From: the human T2T-CHM13v2.0 reference genome, Homo sapiens
DNA length: 64,000 bases
Reading direction: 5' to 3' (one strand)
NCBI RefSeq assembly: GCF_009914755.1
Contig: NC_060928.1
The translations under genes were made by a program, and so were the position numbers. Under the pieces are notes generated by a model that was given only the letters and a program-made list of their open reading frames with translations, did no database searches and was not told the DNA's origin. Positions 54,344 through 64,000 of the stretch are shown one piece after another; the first letter of the stretch is position 1, and each line of letters begins with the position of its first letter.

Positions 54344-57300
54344 ATAACTACCTCTGCTGTTTTTTGATTTCCATTTGTGTGGAATATCTTTTTCCATCCC
54401 TTCACTATCAGTCTATGTGTGCCCTTAAAAGTGAGGTAAGTCTCTTGTAGGCAGCATATAGTTGGGTCTTGTTTCTTCATTCATTCAACTATCCTGTTTC
54501 TTTTTATTGGAAAATCTAATCAATTTACATTCAAAGTAATTATTAATAGGTAAGGACTTAATACTGCCACTTTATAATTTGTTGTCTGGTTGTTTTCTAG
54601 ATACTTTATTTCTTTCTTCTCCTGTTCCTGTCTTCCTTTGTGGTTTATAGTTTCCTCTAGTGGTATGCTTTGAATTCTATTTCAGTTTTGTACTTCTTTT
54701 ATGCATTTTTGCTTTGTGGTTACCATGAGGCTTATGTAAAATATAACAAGCTATTTCAAGCTGATAACTGCTTAACTTTGATCACATACACCTCTACACT
54801 TTTACTCCCCACGCTCATACCATATAGACATACACACATCATACAGCAGATTCAGATCTTAATGTCTTCAATAGCAGAATTATCAACTAAAGAATATGTT
54901 ATATAAAAAATGTTTAAAGAAATAAAAGATGAAAGCAAAATAATTAAGGTATGAATAAGGAATTATCAAAAACTACCTGATATTTTTAAAAAAGAAGAGT
55001 TTTTAAAAGTCAAAAACATATTTGAAATTAAAAACTCAAATACTGACTTCAAATACTAAGCAGGAAAATAGTAAAATGAGGATAAATCTGAAGATATCAA
55101 CAAAACCATGGCAAAGAAATAAAAGACAAAAATATGAAAATAATATTGAATGTGAAGGTCTAAAACATGTTTAATTAGAATTGCTAAATTAAAAAAATGA
55201 AGAGGAGACATAATACTAAATGAAATAATATATGAGAATTTTCTAAAACTGAAGAAAAACATAAAACCACAGACACAGGGAATACAATGTATACCAAGCA
55301 GGGAAAATGTAAAGATATCCAGAATTAGACATTATTAACATTATAATGAAATTGTAAAAAATATATATACATACACATCTGAAAAGCAGTCAAAGAAAAA
55401 TGGATCACATACAAAGAAACTGACATTAAAGTGGCTGCAGATGTATCAATAGCAACAACAGAAGCTGAAAATAGTAAAATAAATAATATCCCAAAATGTT
55501 AGTCATCTTTGTGCATTTAGCTCCTATTATAGTGCCAAGTGCACCTCAAAATGCTCCAAAAATGCTGGTCTAATCAATCAACCACTTCAATAAAATGATT
55601 AAATTGGGCACAGGGAAGAATGGAAAGAGACTTACATTAATGAAATCTGTAATTGGCTTATTTCCTCATTTGTTAGAGTCCTGGAGTGGGGGAAGGTGCA
55701 ACAGTAAATTCACGACAAAGTGGGAAACATCTGCTAATATGAAGCAGTAAGTCTTCATACCCACACCTCACCCCTTGTCTTCAGTCAAAAGAAATGACAT
55801 TTATTCAGTATAGTTAGCATGGGATGTTTTTGTTTATAAGAACGATTTATGTCATCCATATAAATGTTCTGCCTATGCCGTACAGCACAGATGACTGTTT
55901 TGCATGTTGTGACGGACCACAGCTCCATATTGACTATAGAAAGTCTTACTCAGCTCTAATTTCAGTTTACTCTGGGGTTTCAGATTCTGCTGACTACAGA
56001 CAAAATTTTTCTCCCCCCACAATGGCTGCATACTTTAACAATCCCCATAGAATTCCACAGGAGTCTGAATTGAAATACAGAACTAATAAGGTACCCTAAC
56101 AAATAGAAAAACTTCAAATCACTTTTAGAGTTAATAACTTCTCTAAATTAAAAAGCAAATATGAATACAGAAATAAGTTTTATTTCTTAAAACAAAGCCA
56201 TGTAATGTGATATCTTTTAGCTTGGTTTAAATTTTTGAATTTCCTGTTTTCAGGGACTAGGAAATTGGATGTTCAAATTCACTTGAGACAAATTGTAATG
56301 TTTTCCAAATAATTAAAATATAACAAAAAATCCTACTAAATTTAAAATTTTATTTGTACATGGAACGAGGCTAAAAATTATTTTAATCTGCAAGTAATTC
56401 AATGAGTTCATATAACTACTTCTGAAATTTTTTCATTTCTTTAGCATTCATTATAGACTGAAATTAGTTCCTAATTGAAAATTGAAACTCCTAATTGAAA
56501 TATTACCATGAATCAGATTTATATCTGTTATTAGTTTATTTATGCCTTATCTTTTCTCAGGAAAGATTTAAAGCACAAAGATCAATGACTAATTTAGGAC
56601 ACTTTGGCATCTTTAAAATTGTCTCCATGAATAATTTATTGGACCTCATGACTATAAGCCATGACACTTTCAAAAATGGAAAAGCACACTAGCAGATAAG
56701 ACAACTGCCACTTTCAGTGACCCTGGATATACCACTTAGGCTCTCTCCTCATCTATAAAATTGGAACACTGAACAAGAGGATTCCAAAGGTCCCTGGTTC
56801 TAGCTTTACAATCCCATAACACATAAGGAATCTTTATATCTTCCTAGTCCCTGACTTCCTTAATTATTCATTAAGGCTCTAAACCCAAGACTGTGAATTT
56901 ATAACTATTGAGATGATTCTTCTCCCATTCCATTCTTCACACCTTTCTACTTGTCACATAGTTGTCCATTTTCTATTATTTTCTATCTATTCAAATGATA
57001 TTTTTTACTTTATTTTACAAAACAGTCTCATTCAATTGAGAAAGTGTTCTCAATGTTGAAGATAATAATGGAATGTACCATGATAAAAATGTGTCATTGA
57101 ATACTTAGATTTCAATTAAATAACAGTCAAACCAGATACATTATAGCCTACCTACAAACAACTTCTTTCAAAAGTCTGCGAATTAAAGTATAAGTAAAAC
57201 ATATTTTGCCAAGTCTAAAAACACTGGATAGATTTTTAAGTTAGTAATACAGACAACACTCAAAGGAAATTTATTTTTGTGAACTGGTAGAATATAATAC

Positions 57301-57619
57301 ATAGTTGAAACACATAACTGAAACCCTCCTTAAGCCTCTTAGAGCTCTTTGGGAGTGAACTGCTGAGATACCTTGGGGAGGAAATGAAACTGTTACCTTG
57401 GCCAGACAACTTAGCCAACACAGAAACACTCTCACTTTCACCACACCCTAAATTGCCTTTGCTTTCCACTATGAGCTTAGAGAAGGGACCTGAATAGAGA
57501 GAAAGGAATAACTACCATGCTAAACAAATGGCAGCTGAGAGAAAAAGCCTTCTAGACCACTGTTCTGACTGCACTGTGAGAAAACTGACAGTTGGGTGGG
57601 TCAGACAGAAACAGGTTTT

Positions 57620-58142
<523 letters not shown>

Positions 58143-59487
58143 TTATAAAGCTTAGAGTCTAGTGGGGGATAGAATCATATAAGCAGACAATGATAAAACA
58201 GAGAGTTAGTTGAAGAAAGTAAATAGCATCCCTGGTGTTACAGTAATACATGCTTGGGGCACCCAATCCACAATTGAGGTATCAGGTAAAGAAAGCATCC
58301 TGGAGGAAGTAAAGACCATGCAGAATCTGGAGGAGAGAGGGCCAAGGAGTGGGTTAGGAGAAGGGAGAGGGTATTAAGGTTTATTTATTTGTTTGTTTGT
58401 TTGTTTTGTAACTCAAAGTAAATTGAGCAAAAAAGTAAAAATAAAAAACAATAAGAAATGAAAAGGAGGACTGGGAGAGGAGCCAAGATGGTCGAATAGG
58501 AACAGCTCCGGTCTACAGCTCCCAGCGTGAGCAATGCAGAAAACGGGTGATTTCTGCATTTCCAACTGAGGTACCGGGTTCATCTCAGTGGGGAGTGCCA
58601 GACAGTAGGTGCAGGGCAGTGGGTGCAGCGCACCGTGTGCGAGCCAAGGCATCGCCTCATCCGGGAAGCGAAAGGGGTCAGGGAATTCCCTTTCCTAGTC
58701 AAAGAAAGCAGTGACAGATGGCACCTGGAAAAGCAGGTCACTCCCACCCTAATACTGCACTTTTCTGATGGGCTTAAAAAATGGCACACCAGGAGATTAT
58801 ATCCTGCACCTGGCTCAGAGGGTCCTACGCCCACAGAGTCTCACTCATTTCTAGCACAGCAGTCTGAGATCAAACTGCAAGGTGGCAGCAAGGCTGGGGG
58901 AGGGGCGCCCGCCATTTTCGGGTTAGTTGTTTGATTAGGTAAACAAAGTGGATGGGAAGCTAGAAATGGGTGGAGCCCACCACAGCTCCAGGAGGCCTAC
59001 CTGCCTCTGTAGGCTCCACCTCTGGGGGCAGGGCACAGACAAATGTAAAGACAACAGTAACCTCTGCAGACTTAAATGTCCCTCTCTGACAGCTTTAAAG
59101 AGAGTAGTGGTTCTCCCGTCATGCCTGAGAACAGGCAGACGGCCTCCTCAAGTGGGTCCCTGACCCCCGAGTAGCCTAACTGGGAGGCACCCCTCAGTAG
59201 GGGCAGACTGACACCTCACACAGCCGGGTACTCCTCTGAGACAAAACTTCCAGAGGAACGGTCAGGCAGCAACATCTGCGGTTCACCAATATCCGCTGTT
59301 CTGCAGCCACCACTGATGATACCCAGGCAAACAGGGTCTGGAGTGGACCTCTAGCAAACTCCAATAGACCTGCCGCTGAGGGTCCTGTCTGCTAGAAGGA
59401 AAACTAACAAACAGAAAGGACATCCACACCAAAAACCCATCTGTACATCACCATCATCAAAGGCCAAAGGTAGATAAAACCACAAAG

Positions 59488-60505
59488 ATGGGAAAAAAAC
59501 AGAGCAGAAAAACTGGAAACTCTAAAAATCAGAGCGCCTATCCTCCTCCAAAGGAATGCAGCTCCTCACCAGCAATGGAACAAAGCTGGACGGAGAATGA
59601 CTTTGACGAGTTGAGAGAAGAAGCCTTCAGACTATCAAACTACTCCGAGCTACAGGAGGAAATTCAAACCAATGGCAAAGAAGTTAAAAACTTTGAAAAA
59701 AAATTAGACGAATGGATAACTAGAATAACCAATGCAGAGAAGTCCTTAAAGGACCTGATGGAGCTGAAAACCAAGGCACGAGAGCTACGTGATGAACGCA
59801 GAAAGCCTCAGTAGCCGATGCGATCAACTGGAAGACAGGGTATCAGTGATGGAAGATCAAATGAATGAAATGAAGTGAGAAGAGAAGTTTAGAGAAAAAA
59901 GAATAAAAAGAAAGGAACAAAGCCTCTAAGAAACATGGGACTCTGTGAAAAGAGCAAATCTACATCTGATTGGTGTACCTGAAAGTGATGGGGAGAATGG
60001 AACCAAGTTGGAAAACACTCTGCAGGATATTATCCAGGAGAACTTCCCCAATCTAGCAAGGCGGGCCAACATTCAAATTCAGGAAATACAGAAAACACCA
60101 CAAAGATACTCCTCAAGAGGAGCAACTCCAAGACACATAATTGTCAGATTCACCAAAGTTGAAATGAAGGAAAAAATGTTAAGGGCAGCCAGAGAGAAAG
60201 GTTGGGTTACCCACAAAGGGAAGCCCATCAGACTAACAGCTGATCGCTCGGCAGAAACTCTACAAGCCAGAAGAGAGTGGGGACCAATATTCAACATTCT
60301 TAAAAAAAAGAATTTTCAACCCAGAATCTCATATCCAGCCAAACTAACCTTCATTAAGTGAAGGAGAAATAAAACACTTTACAGACAAGCAAATGCTGAG
60401 AGATTTTGTCACCACCAGGCCAGTCCTAAAAGAGCTCCTGAAGGAAGCACTAAAGATGAAAGGAACAACCAGTACCAGCCACTGCAAAAACATGCCAAAT
60501 TATAA
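59488..60505 (+). pseudogene. L1 ORF1p, disrupted
   Basis: MGKKQSRKTGNSKNQSA... with a frameshift near 59800, premature stops near 59876 and 59927, and further frameshifts near the 3' end. Confidence 0.93.
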
Positions 60506-60568
60506 AGACCATTGATGCCATGAAGAAACTGCATCAACTAATGAGCAAAATAACCAGCTAACATCATA

Positions 60569-64000
<3,432 letters not shown>

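Larger units (their letters stand above)
49560..54825 (-). mobile_element. Old L1 (L1MA-like), ~5.3 kb covering the 3'UTR and most of degenerate ORF2; interrupted by two Alus and a Tigger MITE
   Basis: T-tail at ~49560 and L1MA-type 3'UTR. Minus-strand ORF2 remnants include [20 protein letters not shown]...SLIVDDMI (51866-52210), WKLNNMLL.NQWVKEEIK (53395-53589) and RIDHILGHKTSL (53648-53836). Confidence 0.92.

Overview
Primate (human or great-ape; SVA and AluY are present) genomic DNA lying entirely inside one large minus-strand gene. The only host coding sequence I can support is a single 250-bp internal exon (26286-26535, minus strand). I recognise its peptide (SIGESAMSVVLNQLLPMIKPVTQRTNEDYSPEELLILLIYIYSV...GLSPLLQKIT) as SCFD2, a Sec1/Munc18-family protein. 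The rest is AT-rich intron containing about 15 Alus, a full-length older SVA, a 5'-intact but inactivated L1PA that runs off the window end, a ~5.3-kb old L1M, two 5'-inverted L1s, a two-LTR MST (MaLR) provirus, solo MaLR LTRs, and Ricksha, Charlie1, MER1B, MER30, MER44, MER47-like, MIR and L2 relics. I found no evidence of a new multi-gene system, CRISPR array or RNA gene. The unusual signals are DNA-level events. These are an apparent ~155-bp target-site duplication around the old L1, a templated copy of an Alu end plus its flank, an ancient L1 fragment inside a younger LTR, a possible SVA 3' transduction, a candidate intronic poly(A) site just after the exon, and an L1 antisense promoter pointing into the exon. 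Repeat subfamily names come from recalled consensus similarity, not from a RepeatMasker run.
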